DNA of 40,000 bases from Megasphaera hexanoica (GTDB lineage: Bacteria; Bacillota; Negativicutes; Veillonellales; Megasphaeraceae). The position numbers and the translations under genes are program-made. How positions within the stretch are numbered: position 1 is the stretch's first letter; every line of letters starts with the position of its first letter. The notes under the pieces were generated by a model. The model did not search any database. It worked only from the letters and a program-made list of their open reading frames with translations, and was not told the origin of the DNA. The stretch spans positions 1,057,941 to 1,097,940 of the forward strand of contig NZ_CP171361.1 of the NCBI RefSeq assembly GCF_043520715.1. Reading direction: 5' to 3'. Positions 29,755 through 39,449 of this stretch are shown piece after piece.

Positions 29755-30168
29755 ATGAATTTAGTAGATGCGCTTTTAGCCGCTGATGCGGATAAGATTA
29801 CAGCAAAACAAACGGAAGATTATGAAGTAAAACGGCTCTCTAAGTTGTTAGGGGTGCCGTTTATTTTACACTTGCAGGAAATCAAGTTCCGCCGGATTAA
29901 AGAGCTGCAGGACATGGCGACAAAACGGAAAAAGGGCCGTGCCCCGGAAGTGGACTACATGGAATTGGCCGTAAGCTGTTTGGCCGAAGGGATTACGAAT
30001 GAAGAATTTAATGATCCCCGCGTTTTGAAGCGGTTTAATGCGACGACCAAAGAAGATTTGTTTACTAAGATTTTAACAAGCGGTGAAATTACCAAGATTT
30101 CCGAGAAAATCGGGGATTTGTCCGGCATGGATAAAAGCGAAGATGATTTTGAAGAAGTAAAAAACTAA
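29755..30168 (+). CDS. Tail assembly chaperone (XkdN-like), short form
   Basis: Located between the tube and tape measure genes. AGGAGGT RBS. It ends at a slippery heptamer. Confidence 0.75.
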   Translation: MNLVDALLAADADKITAKQTEDYEVKRLSKLLGVPFILHLQEIKFRRIKELQDMATKRKKGRAPEVDYMELAVSCLAEGITNEEFNDPRVLKRFNATTKEDLFTKILTSGEITKISEKIGDLSGMDKSEDDFEEVKN

Positions 30169-30344
30169 TCAAATCCGATGGTAGCGTCAAGCTCATGTAT
30201 GAACTGTGGGTATCACATGGGCTACGGCCATCGGAATATTATAACGCCGGGTACGGCGAAAAGATCATTTTAGCCGCTTTTATGGAAACAGAACTAGAAG
30301 AACGGGAAAAGGAAATCAAACAGATTAGAAGTTTAGGGAAGTGA
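29755..30344 (+). CDS. Tail assembly chaperone, long form made by a -1 programmed frameshift at A_AAA_AAC (30159-30165)
   Basis: The -1 frame is open from 30153 to the TGA at 30342-30344. It encodes LIKSDGSVKLMYELWVSHGLRPSEYYNAGYGEKIILAAFMETELEEREKEIKQIRSLGK and ends 4 nt before the tape measure ATG. Confidence 0.7.
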
Positions 30345-30348
30345 GAAG

Positions 30349-32883
30349 ATGGCTAGCATTATTGACGTTGTTATGCAATTAACGGACCGAGTCAGTGAGC
30401 CGTTACGTCGGATACGTAGCAACATGGAAGAAAATTCACGTCTTAATCGACAATTAGGTAGAGATGTGCGAAATGTAGGGCGAGGATTTGGCAGCATAGC
30501 TTCGACAATGATGCCAGCCGCTACTGCTGTATCTGCTTTTGGCGCCCTGGGCACTAAAACCTTCATGGATTTTGAAGATACCATAACCGGAGCCGGGGTA
30601 AAAGCCGGGGCAACGGGAGAACAATTAGAACGGATGAAAGAAACGGCCCTGAAATTAGGGCACGACTTCCCGATTACCGCCAGCGAAGCGGCCGAGGCTA
30701 TGGACCGATTAGCAGCCGGCGGGTTTGATGCGGAGCAGACGATGGCAGCTATGCCAGGCATTATTGAAGCGTCTGTAGCATCCGGGGAAGATATGGCCAC
30801 AACGTCCGATGTCATCACAAGTGCATTGAACATATGGAATTTAAAAACCGGCGATGTAGCAGAAAACACACAGCATGTCGCTGATGTCGTACAGATGGCC
30901 GCTAATGTATCTAAATTAGGTATGGCTGACTTTGGGCTGGCTATGCAGTATGCCGGGGCACCAGCTGCGGCACTAGGCGTAAACATCGAAGAATTATCAA
31001 CAGCCATGGCCATTATGAGTAACAATGGGATTGAAGCCTCTACAATTGGGACAAGCCTTAGATCTACAATGTCACGGCTGGCATCGCCACCAAAAGAAGC
31101 GGCAGCAGCTATAGACCAATTAGGGCTACACCTGCAAAATGCCGATGGTTCCTTTGTGGGGATTACAGAAGCAATCAGCCAGATGCGAGAAGCGATGGAT
31201 GGCATGACAGATACTCAGCAAGTCGGGATAGCGAAAGCAATAGCCGGGGAAGATGCATTTAGCGGATTATTAGCATTGATTAAGACAAGCCCAGAAGCAT
31301 ACAAAGAAGTAGAAGATTCCATAAAGAACTCTACAGGATCATCGCACGAGGCGTATGTAAAAATGCAGAATACGCTAAAAGGTTCTATAAATGCGATGAA
31401 GAGCGCCGTAGAATCACTAGCCATATCATTTGGTTCCACATTGGCACCGAGTGTGAAAACAGCAGCCGATGCAATTAAAAGCATTGCGGATTTTTTAGGC
31501 GGGTTAAGCCCGGCGGCTCGTAGCGTCGTTGCGAATATAGCGTTGTCGGTTGTTGGATTTACGGCATTTAGCTTTGTCATGAGCAAGGTATTAAAAGCCG
31601 GCGGCTCTATGATTATGATGTATTCACGCATTGGCAATGTACTAAAAGGCGGCCGTGAAACAAACCTGTTATTACGCTATAGCGTATTAGGTGTACGCAG
31701 CGCTTTTATACAGTTGAGCGGAACGGCTTCCAAAGTGATGGGCGTTTTACGGAATGGCATGAATATCGGGAGCTGGCGAAGTGCATTAACGTTTTTAGGA
31801 ACGACGGGAGCTTCCGGATTAAGCAAGATTGGGAGTGCAGCAGCACAAGCCGGGACTAGAGTCATGACGATGATTAGATCCTTTAGCATGGCGGCTATGC
31901 TGAATGGGGCAAGGAATGCCGTATTAGGATTTGGCCGGGCACTGTTAACGATTGGCCGAGTTGGTTTGAGTGCTATGTTTTCACCTTTAGGGATTGCGAT
32001 TATGGCCATTGCCGGCGCCGCGTATATACTTTATAACCACTGGGACAAGGTAGCACCGTTCTTTACAAGCATGTGGAATGAGATTCAAAACGCCTTTTCC
32101 GTAGCCTGGCAGGCTATCAGCCCGGCACTGGAAGGCGTGGAAAACGCATGGAACCGGTTAGTTAATGCGTTCAATTCTCAGGGCACAACCCTTAACGGGT
32201 TGGCTCATATCATTGAATTTCTGGCAAGCGTTTTAGGCGGCGTATTAATCGCCGGTATCATTGCCGCGGCTGATATATTCACAGGCGTATTTGTAAGTGC
32301 CATTGAAATTGTTTCCAGTATCGTCAGCGCAGCTATTGGCGTATTCGGCGGCCTAATTGATTTTATTACCGGGGTGTTTACTGGCGATTGGAGCCTGGCA
32401 TGGCAAGGCGTTGTGGAAATCTTCAGCAGCATTTTCGGCGGTATCAAAGGGATATGCTCCGGGGTATTAGACGGGATTAGAGCAGCTATCAACGCTGTCA
32501 TTAATGGAATAAATTCTATTAGCGTAGATATCCCGGATTGGGTACCGGGTGTAGGCGGCCAGCATTTTGGCGTGAATATTCCGACATTGTATACGGGGAC
32601 AAGCAATTTCAGCGGTGGCCCGGCGGTAATAAATGACAGATTCGGCGGCGAAATTGTTGATTTACCATCTGGAACCCGGATTATACCACATGATCAGTCT
32701 GTACAGCAGGCGTATAAAATGGGCAGCATGAGTGGCGGATTTGGTGGTGATATCAATATCAATATCAGCAATGCAAACTTTGCGAATACTGGCGATGAAA
32801 AGCGGGAAATCAAACGGATTGCATCAGAAATATTCTTTGAATTGGAAACACGAGCCGTTAATCTTAACACGGGGGCGATATAA
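30349..32883 (+). CDS. Tail tape measure protein
   Basis: 844 aa, Ala/Gly-rich helical protein with hydrophobic segments. Canonical position after the chaperone genes. Confidence 0.9.
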   Translation: MASIIDVVMQLTDRVSEPLRRIRSNMEENSRLNRQLGRDVRNVGRGFGSIASTMMPAATAVSAFGALGTKTFMDFEDTITGAGVKAGATGEQLERMKETALKLGHDFPITASEAAEAMDRLAAGGFDAEQTMAAMPGIIEASVASGEDMATTSDVITSALNIWNLKTGDVAENTQHVADVVQMAANVSKLGMADFGLAMQYAGAPAAALGVNIEELSTAMAIMSNNGIEASTIGTSLRSTMSRLASPPKEAAAAIDQLGLHLQNADGSFVGITEAISQMREAMDGMTDTQQVGIAKAIAGEDAFSGLLALIKTSPEAYKEVEDSIKNSTGSSHEAYVKMQNTLKGSINAMKSAVESLAISFGSTLAPSVKTAADAIKSIADFLGGLSPAARSVVANIALSVVGFTAFSFVMSKVLKAGGSMIMMYSRIGNVLKGGRETNLLLRYSVLGVRSAFIQLSGTASKVMGVLRNGMNIGSWRSALTFLGTTGASGLSKIGSAAAQAGTRVMTMIRSFSMAAMLNGARNAVLGFGRALLTIGRVGLSAMFSPLGIAIMAIAGAAYILYNHWDKVAPFFTSMWNEIQNAFSVAWQAISPALEGVENAWNRLVNAFNSQGTTLNGLAHIIEFLASVLGGVLIAGIIAAADIFTGVFVSAIEIVSSIVSAAIGVFGGLIDFITGVFTGDWSLAWQGVVEIFSSIFGGIKGICSGVLDGIRAAINAVINGINSISVDIPDWVPGVGGQHFGVNIPTLYTGTSNFSGGPAVINDRFGGEIVDLPSGTRIIPHDQSVQQAYKMGSMSGGFGGDININISNANFANTGDEKREIKRIASEIFFELETRAVNLNTGAI

Positions 32884-33621
32884 ATGGCCAGCTTCTTGAG
32901 TTTTCTTAGTGAAGTTGTCGGTGCATTTTTAGGCACCGATGGCGAGACTGGGGCGACATTAGTACTAAGTGGCAATAGCAGCAGCGTAACATTTCCCGTA
33001 GCCCCTCCCAGTTTTGATGTAGAGAACAGCTATAATAACAATGTCGTCAATGTCAATTCACTGGGAGATATCAATATGATTGGAAAACGGGGACTGAAGA
33101 CGCTGACGTTCTCATCTTTTTTTCCGGCCCAGTATTATGGATGGGAAACTAATTATCCAAGTGATGATCCGTATACAGCTTGTCAGAAGATTGATGATAT
33201 GGCACAGTCGGGGCAGGCGTGTACGATATCGATATCAGGAACGTCAGTCAATATGTCATGTACAATTGATAATTTTAAATATGGCGAGCACGATAGCACA
33301 GGCGATGTTTATTTTTCAATATCCCTGAAAGAATATAGATATATCATGCCGGCAACGGACACAATCAATGATGTCACTGGGCTGAAATCCAGAGTATCCG
33401 AAGCCGTGCAAGAAAGCTCCTTTGTTGCTGTAGCTGGAAACGATACAATGGATAACGCAGCTAAAGCAATACAACGAAACATGAGCATTGCCAAACAAGC
33501 AACTAACCGTATTAACCTGTACAGAGCCATGGTAAAAAGCGGTGGGATTGATGTTGGGACAGTCATACGGACTGTTAAAGAGGGAGTAAAAATAAATGAT
33601 AAGGATTTGATTTTGTGGTGA
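32884..33621 (+). CDS. Tail/baseplate protein (XkdP position)
   Basis: The call rests on synteny; TAAATG coupling to the tape measure gene. Confidence 0.55.
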   Translation: MASFLSFLSEVVGAFLGTDGETGATLVLSGNSSSVTFPVAPPSFDVENSYNNNVVNVNSLGDINMIGKRGLKTLTFSSFFPAQYYGWETNYPSDDPYTACQKIDDMAQSGQACTISISGTSVNMSCTIDNFKYGEHDSTGDVYFSISLKEYRYIMPATDTINDVTGLKSRVSEAVQESSFVAVAGNDTMDNAAKAIQRNMSIAKQATNRINLYRAMVKSGGIDVGTVIRTVKEGVKINDKDLILW

Positions 33622-33627
33622 TGAGCT

Positions 33628-35190
33628 ATGATTTTAACAATGTATTATTCAGATCCTCCCATGACAGAGAAAGAAAAACAGGCACTGGAAGAAAAAAAGA
33701 AAAATGGCGAAAGCTATACAGAACCGGCAACGATGAAAGATATCACGCCATATGTGATTGATGTAGAGTGGAACGGCGATATTGACCAGGCGGCTCGAAA
33801 GCTGTCGTTTAAGCTTGCCTATAATACGGCGGTAAAAGATGTTAATTTCCCGGCCTTAATATTGAAGATGGGAGGCTTTATTTATGCCTATTATGAAGAT
33901 GATACACAACCCAAAGTCATGTTTTTTAGCGGCCGTATATTTTTTGAAAAACGAAATACGTCTGGATTTACATTTGAGTATGTAGCATATGATGACTTAA
34001 TTTACTTGGCAAAGTCAAAAATACAGCTTAATTTCCAGAACGTAACGATTACCGACGCAATAAAAACTATTTGCAGCGAAATAGGTATCGAAGTATCTGA
34101 GAGCATCCCGAGCCTGCCTACGGTGATTAACTATCTGGCAGATGGGAAAAGTTGTACAGAGATGTTTAAGATCTTTAATGAAAAGTCGAAAGCGGACACC
34201 ACGAATGGCAGCATTGAGTTTACTGTGCTATGCATTGAAGATAAAATAACTGCTGTGAAAAAAGGTGAGCTGATTGCTGATTACACGGCAACAGATGGGG
34301 TGAATATCGAACATACGGAACACAGTCAGTCTATTGAAGATATGGTGAACCGGATTAAAGCGGTCGATGACGTCGGCAATATATGCCAGGTATTTACCAT
34401 CAATGATGACGTAACGCATTATGGAATGATACAAGATATTTATAAGATGCAACCGGCCAAACAAGGAGAAAGCGTAGATAATGTCAAAGCAGCCAAAGCG
34501 ATGCTGAAACGGCTAAAAGAAGATAGCAGCCTTGAAGGCATTGGGAATATCCAATGTATCACCGGCTATGGGATAACCATTCAGGAAGAACAGTTAAAAG
34601 GCAATTTCTTTATTAAATCAGATGATCATAAATTTCAGAATAATGTACATACGATGTCACTGACACTGGAATATATGCCGGAAACAAAAGAAGAGCCGGA
34701 AATAGAACAGCAGGATCTTGCAGCGCCGGTATTCAAATCAGCATCACAGGGCCGGAAAAAGACGTACAATACAGCAACTGGGGGTGGCGATTTGAATATT
34801 TCCGCAGGTATGCAGGCCGGATGGAATGCATGGGGCTATCAGACTATGGATAATGGGACAGAAGGATGTTGTGAAGCGGCAACGAAAGTTGGGAGCTACT
34901 ACAGTCCGTTCCTTGCTGATGAATGTAATAATGGAGTTGTCAGTGTGCCGACATTGGTAGGCGATGCAAATGCCGCGGGCGTACCAGTTATAGATTTTGA
35001 TGCAAGCCAGTTGGAAGAAGGGGACTGCATTGTATATTACACCAGCGAAGGAGCTGATGGCCATGTCACGATTTACGATGGTAATGGCGGATATATTGGA
35101 AATAGCAGCAGTCAGAATATGGTAGTACACAGCGGCGATTATAGTGATTGTGGTACACCGATGCGAATTATTAAGACCTCACATTATTAA
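33628..35190 (+). CDS. Baseplate hub-position protein (XkdQ/gpD-like) with a C-terminal Cys-His papain-like (NlpC/P60- or CHAP-like) domain
   Basis: 520 aa. The last ~130 aa contain NGTEGCCEAATKV (candidate nucleophile Cys) and GDCIVYY..EGADGHVTIYDGNGGYIGNSS (candidate His), the usual layout of cell-wall cysteine peptidases. Confidence 0.6.
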   Translation: MILTMYYSDPPMTEKEKQALEEKKKNGESYTEPATMKDITPYVIDVEWNGDIDQAARKLSFKLAYNTAVKDVNFPALILKMGGFIYAYYEDDTQPKVMFFSGRIFFEKRNTSGFTFEYVAYDDLIYLAKSKIQLNFQNVTITDAIKTICSEIGIEVSESIPSLPTVINYLADGKSCTEMFKIFNEKSKADTTNGSIEFTVLCIEDKITAVKKGELIADYTATDGVNIEHTEHSQSIEDMVNRIKAVDDVGNICQVFTINDDVTHYGMIQDIYKMQPAKQGESVDNVKAAKAMLKRLKEDSSLEGIGNIQCITGYGITIQEEQLKGNFFIKSDDHKFQNNVHTMSLTLEYMPETKEEPEIEQQDLAAPVFKSASQGRKKTYNTATGGGDLNISAGMQAGWNAWGYQTMDNGTEGCCEAATKVGSYYSPFLADECNNGVVSVPTLVGDANAAGVPVIDFDASQLEEGDCIVYYTSEGADGHVTIYDGNGGYIGNSSSQNMVVHSGDYSDCGTPMRIIKTSHY

Positions 35191-35202
35191 GAGGGTGAAC
35201 AG

Positions 35203-35613
35203 ATGAAGAAAAATGAAGATCCATATAAGGGACTGTTGAATTTATTCCGAAAATTGACACAGCAGTCGATACAAAAAGGAACACGTATAGGTACTATCAT
35301 ATCGCCGCCGCCTGAAATAAAAGTACAATGCGACGGGATGATTTTAGATAAAACACGTTTGTACATTGATGAGTATTGGGTTCCGGGACACACCCGCCAT
35401 ATGGTAGGCGAAACTGATTTTAAAGGTGGAGGGTCTGGTGACGCTGCCTATGAGAGTCATAACCATCCCATTAATAATGATGAGTCTTTGACAGACACAT
35501 GGGCACCAGGAGATAAAGTATCCATGGAACCGGTCTATAGTGATGACGATAACATTAGCGGGCAGCAGTTTATAGTACATGCCAAACTACGGAGGTTTGA
35601 TGGGAATGGCTAA
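35203..35613 (+). CDS. Baseplate protein (XkdR-like)
   Basis: Synteny and size (136 aa). AGAGGGTGA RBS. Confidence 0.55.
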   Translation: MKKNEDPYKGLLNLFRKLTQQSIQKGTRIGTIISPPPEIKVQCDGMILDKTRLYIDEYWVPGHTRHMVGETDFKGGGSGDAAYESHNHPINNDESLTDTWAPGDKVSMEPVYSDDDNISGQQFIVHAKLRRFDGNG

Positions 35614-36040
35614 TCCGTTTATGACGGCGGGGACGTCTGCCATTGCAACGAAATCAGCAGCTCTGCCGGAGTTTAAAGAATTTGACTGGGATTTTGATAA
35701 GAATAAATTTTTATATGATGAATATGGGAACCATATCATAAGAACTAAAAACGAGGGTTTAAAGATTTGGATTAAGAAGGCTCTGTTGGTACAAAGATAC
35801 CGCTACAGAGCCTATTTTGATGATTATGGTTGTGAGATTGAAGATAAATTTATTGGCAAAACGCCAAATGATACGTTGTCAAAAAATGAACTATTTACTT
35901 ATATTTCAGAGGCGCTGCTAGTCAATCCATATATTAAGAACGTATATCTTGTCAGTACGGAACAGGAAAAGAAGAAAATTACCCTGGCGATTGACGTAAA
36001 AACAATATACGGAGAAACGACTGTAAAGATTGAGGTGTAA
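35606..36040 (+). CDS. Baseplate wedge protein (XkdS / gp25-W-like position)
   Basis: GGAGG at 35591-35595. Candidate ATG starts at 35600 and 35606; the ORF-track start at 35579 lies upstream of the RBS. Confidence 0.55.
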   Translation: MANPFMTAGTSAIATKSAALPEFKEFDWDFDKNKFLYDEYGNHIIRTKNEGLKIWIKKALLVQRYRYRAYFDDYGCEIEDKFIGKTPNDTLSKNELFTYISEALLVNPYIKNVYLVSTEQEKKKITLAIDVKTIYGETTVKIEV

Positions 36041-36042
36041 AA

Positions 36043-37116
36043 ATGTTTGAAGCAAAAACACAGGAATCTATACAATCAGAATTAAAAACAATCTATGAGA
36101 AAGAATTAAACGGGCAGGTATCAACCATCGAAGGGACATTCATTGGCGATAACTTAGCGGCTAATGCTGTAGAGTTTGAAAAAAGCTATGCTGAAATGTC
36201 ATTGATTGTCGATGCGGCTTTTGCTCAAACCTCATGGGGGCAGTATTTAACAATGAGGGCCGCCGAATTTGGCATTGACCGCAAAGAAGCGGTAAAAGCA
36301 AAAGGGATAGTAACAGTAACCGGGACAGGCGTCGTTAATAGCGGCGCTATTTTTAGTACAGACGGCGGAATACAATTCCAGGCAGTAAATACAACGACTA
36401 TAAATGGCACAGCGGACATCAATGTTGAAGCTGTGGAAGCCGGCGAAAAAGGGAATGTTGCGGCGGGAACTGTCGTGAAAATACCAGTAACTATTACTGG
36501 CATATCATCCGTCACGAATGAAAAAGCTATGAGTGACGGATATGATGCGGAAACGGATGCGTCATTGTTAAGCCGGCTGTTGTTACATGTCCGCAATCCG
36601 ATTACATCTGGAAACGCTAACCACTATAGGGAGTGGACACTATCAGTAGCTGGTGTTGGAAATTGTCAGGTCATCCCGTTATGGAACGGGAATGGAACTG
36701 TCAAAGTATCCATCATAGATGAAAATAAAGACATTGCCAGCACGAATCTGATAAATCAAGTAGCCGCATATTTAGATACAGTTAAGCCGATAGGCGCAAC
36801 TGTAACAGTATCGACGCCAACATATTTAGATGTCACTGTATCAGCCCGGGTTAGAGTAGTTACAGCCTATAAAGACACTTATAAAGAGGTACTAAAAAAG
36901 GCGATTAATGACTATTTGATTGATGAAGGCTTTTCAAGTGATTATATAACAGCGTCTTCGATTATCAGTATTGCTAAAATCGGGCAAATTATGCTGGCAA
37001 CGGGGGTGATATCAGACTATGACGAATTGAAGCTGAACGGAGATATCCAATACATTACTATTGCCGCTGAAAAATTACCACGGCTAAGCACACTGGAGGT
37101 GACAGAACTTGAATAG
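36043..37116 (+). CDS. Baseplate J-like protein (XkdT-like)
   Basis: 357 aa. Typical size and position. GAGGTG RBS. Confidence 0.75.
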   Translation: MFEAKTQESIQSELKTIYEKELNGQVSTIEGTFIGDNLAANAVEFEKSYAEMSLIVDAAFAQTSWGQYLTMRAAEFGIDRKEAVKAKGIVTVTGTGVVNSGAIFSTDGGIQFQAVNTTTINGTADINVEAVEAGEKGNVAAGTVVKIPVTITGISSVTNEKAMSDGYDAETDASLLSRLLLHVRNPITSGNANHYREWTLSVAGVGNCQVIPLWNGNGTVKVSIIDENKDIASTNLINQVAAYLDTVKPIGATVTVSTPTYLDVTVSARVRVVTAYKDTYKEVLKKAINDYLIDEGFSSDYITASSIISIAKIGQIMLATGVISDYDELKLNGDIQYITIAAEKLPRLSTLEVTELE

Positions 37117-37750
37117 CTTTATCCGTAAGGGGAAAGTAGACCTATCAAAATATTTACCGGAATACCTTGTAAAAGATTCCATATTTTCAGCGATGCTAAA
37201 AGCCGAATCCCAGGGGCATGAATTGCAAAGAGCTGATATGGAAAAACTATTGGAGCAATTTTTTGTAGAGACGGCAACGGATGCCCTTGAAAACTGGGAG
37301 ACGTTCCTTGGTATTGATGTCAATAAAAATCTTAGGAATGAAGATAGACGCAATAGAATTTTAGCCAAAATAAAAGGAACGCAGACAGTAACTATTAATT
37401 TTATGACAAGGTTGGTTAACACGTATATAGCCGATGGAAAAGCGGAAGTCGCAGACCTGCCAAAGGATTATGCAATAAAGATTTACTACCATGGTGGACA
37501 AGTTACAGATTATGGCAAACTTCACCATGCAATAAAAACGTATATACCGGCTCATATTGGCTATAAGCTATCAACGATTACCAGGGTAAAGCGACAGCTT
37601 CACTGCAGCGCGAGAATCAGGGAACACAATGTAATAAAAATAAAAACGCGCACAGATGCAAGCACGTCAGTACAGCCAGGTACATTACATGTAAAGATGA
37701 AAATAATTCATTCTTATTCCCAGATAAAAATTAGGGGGGGTATTAACTAA
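37109..37750 (+). CDS. Tail protein XkdU/YmfQ-like (DUF2313-like)
   Basis: YLPEYL......F.A.L.AE..E........LL.Q.F..TA...L..WE..LGI is family-typical. TTG start after GGAGGTG. Confidence 0.7.
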   Translation: MNSFIRKGKVDLSKYLPEYLVKDSIFSAMLKAESQGHELQRADMEKLLEQFFVETATDALENWETFLGIDVNKNLRNEDRRNRILAKIKGTQTVTINFMTRLVNTYIADGKAEVADLPKDYAIKIYYHGGQVTDYGKLHHAIKTYIPAHIGYKLSTITRVKRQLHCSARIREHNVIKIKTRTDASTSVQPGTLHVKMKIIHSYSQIKIRGGIN

Positions 37751-38727
37751 TGGCACAGTTTCCAGATATGACACCGACAACTAACGGCGACAAAATGTTA
37801 ATCCAAGCAGTAAACGGACATAAATTAGTTTTCACCCGCGGCGCATTCGGCAGCGGGTCATTATCTGATAGTGATGATATCAAAACATTTACGGCATTAA
37901 AAAGTGAAAAGATGTCATTGCCAATTGTAGATACCACAGTATCTGATACAGGCGAAAAAATCACATTGACTTTTAATTGCAGCAATAGCAGCCTGGACAC
38001 AGGCTTCATCAACCGCGAAGTAGGCGTATTTGCAAAGCTCGACGATGGTGATGAAGTATTATATAGCTATTCAAATGCTGGGATGGCCTATGACTATATT
38101 CCGTCAAATGAAACGCCGACTAATGAAAACACTTTTGAAATCGAAGTATATATTAGCTCTGAAGCGGAAATCAACGTTACCATTGACGGATCTATCGTAT
38201 ATCTGACAAAAGAACAGGTAGAAGAAAAAATAGATAATCATGACAAAACAACGACGGCCCACGGGCAAGCCTTCGCGGCGCACAATGACGATGAAACCGC
38301 CCATAGCAAACTGTTCGGACTATGCGAAAAAATAGCCGATTTGGGCGATGACATCATAAAAAAACTGGCATTAACAACAACCATTACAGCAATCACCGCG
38401 CTGACAACGGATAGCTGGTTTGGGCAATTACTGAAGCTGGTACTTACAGCATCCGGGGTGAAGTATTTAGCAGCACAAAATGGATATCTCTGCCTAGGGA
38501 GCTTTTTTGGAAATATAATTATACAGTGGGGAGTTTATGGCCGTGCAGATTTGGGAGTAACTTTCCCGCTTGCATTTAACCAATTGTTTGCAGTCGTGCC
38601 TGCCTGGGCTGGAGGCGGTACGGAGCAATCATATGCATGGACAATTGCGAATGAATCATCATCTGGCTTTTCCGTATATCGGCAAGGCGGAAGCATCGGC
38701 GTTTATTACATCGCAATAGGCAAGTAG
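37750..38727 (+). CDS. Tail fibre protein (expressed copy) with a tail-collar-like N-terminus and a C-terminal QWG...YYIAIGK domain
   Basis: N-terminus ...TTNGDKMLIQAVNGHKLVFTRGAFGSG resembles the fibre collar domain. The last 67 aa start at IIQWG (core ACAGTGGGGA at 38523-38532) and resemble gp53-like C-terminal fibre domains. Confidence 0.85.
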   Translation: MAQFPDMTPTTNGDKMLIQAVNGHKLVFTRGAFGSGSLSDSDDIKTFTALKSEKMSLPIVDTTVSDTGEKITLTFNCSNSSLDTGFINREVGVFAKLDDGDEVLYSYSNAGMAYDYIPSNETPTNENTFEIEVYISSEAEINVTIDGSIVYLTKEQVEEKIDNHDKTTTAHGQAFAAHNDDETAHSKLFGLCEKIADLGDDIIKKLALTTTITAITALTTDSWFGQLLKLVLTASGVKYLAAQNGYLCLGSFFGNIIIQWGVYGRADLGVTFPLAFNQLFAVVPAWAGGGTEQSYAWTIANESSSGFSVYRQGGSIGVYYIAIGK

Positions 38728-38728
38728 A

Positions 38729-38950
38729 CAGTGGATAAAAGGACAAGGTATAGAAGTAAAATGCACTTACCCTCTGGCAATGATGCAGTTTTTTACAGCG
38801 ACCGCTGTGCATCTTGACAACTCGCCAGATATTGATCATGACAGGACGACAATGTTTCAGATTCATGCTCCGTCAAATACTTCTTTAACGATTGCATCAC
38901 AAGCAGCATCTGGGGACCCAGAGTTTTTGGTTTTGATAATCGGAAGGTAA
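38729..38950 (+). other. Silent tail-fibre C-terminal cassette 1 (73 aa, QWIKGQGIEVKCTYPLAM...EFLVLIIGR*)
   Basis: Open frame from the core to the TAA, with no ATG or RBS. It has the same QWx...[FY]P[LI]..........I[AI]xG-stop layout as the expressed C-terminus. It is in the +1 frame relative to the fibre gene. Confidence 0.75.
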
Positions 38951-38951
38951 A

Positions 38952-39170
38952 CAGTGGGGAAGATATAGCTTGAGCAATTCCGGTGGCGGATGGGTTACAT
39001 TCCCCATTTCTTTTTATAATACCCAATATGTTATAAATACTACTCATTACAACAGTCTTTCATCAAGAATAGATATATACTTAGAAATATCTTATTTGAA
39101 TACAAGCCAGTGCTACATACGCTCATCGATAGACTCTGCTGAAGTTTACGTAATAGCAATGGGATACTAA
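38952..39170 (+). other. Silent tail-fibre C-terminal cassette 2 (72 aa, QWGRYSLSNSGGGWVTFPISF...VYVIAMGY*)
   Basis: As for cassette 1. It is the closest match to the gp53-like pattern (QWG...VTFPI.F...IAxGY). Confidence 0.8.
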
Positions 39171-39207
39171 ACAGTGGGGAATTAGTGATGTGATAAAACT
39201 TGTAAAG

Positions 39208-39444
39208 CTATTTGACATACCCGAGTACAATCCACTCACAAGGAATATTATCATTGCTACTGTCAGTGTCTAACAAAAAGAATTTACCGTTTTTCTTTAT
39301 GAATCTGACATATATATCGTCGTTTACTTCGCTAGACACTTGACTTAATCCAATTAATACTTTATCCATGACAATTGGGTATTTTATATAATAACTCGCA
39401 TTATTTGTGTCCGGATCTGAATATCCATATCCGTTTCCCCACTG
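39208..39444 (-). other. Silent tail-fibre C-terminal cassette 3, inverted (78 aa, QWGNGYGYSDPDTNNASYYIKYPIVM...EWIVLGYVK*)
   Basis: Read on the minus strand from the inverted core (39436-39445) to the stop at 39208-39210. AT-rich relative to the expressed cassette. Confidence 0.75.
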
Positions 39445-39449
39445 TTCAA

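Noticed and set aside
30333-32975. Large antisense ORFs within the tape measure gene (for example 30333-31205 minus, 290 aa; 31215-31637; 31677-32009; 32205-32606)
   Set aside because: They are shadows of an Ala/Gly-rich sense frame. They have no RBS and are entirely nested in a confidently identified tape measure gene.
38576-39047. Minus-strand ORFs 38576-38866 and 38793-39047 across the fibre end and first cassettes
   Set aside because: They have no RBS, cross the cassette boundaries and core sites, and their composition is not protein-like. The plus-strand cassette frames explain the region.
39172-39273. Forward reading after the core at 39171 (QWGISDVIKLVKLFDIPEYNPLTRNIIIATVSV*, 33 aa) as a short cassette
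   Set aside because: It lacks the shared domain layout and is simply the antisense of the inverted cassette, which gives a full-length 78-aa domain on the minus strand.
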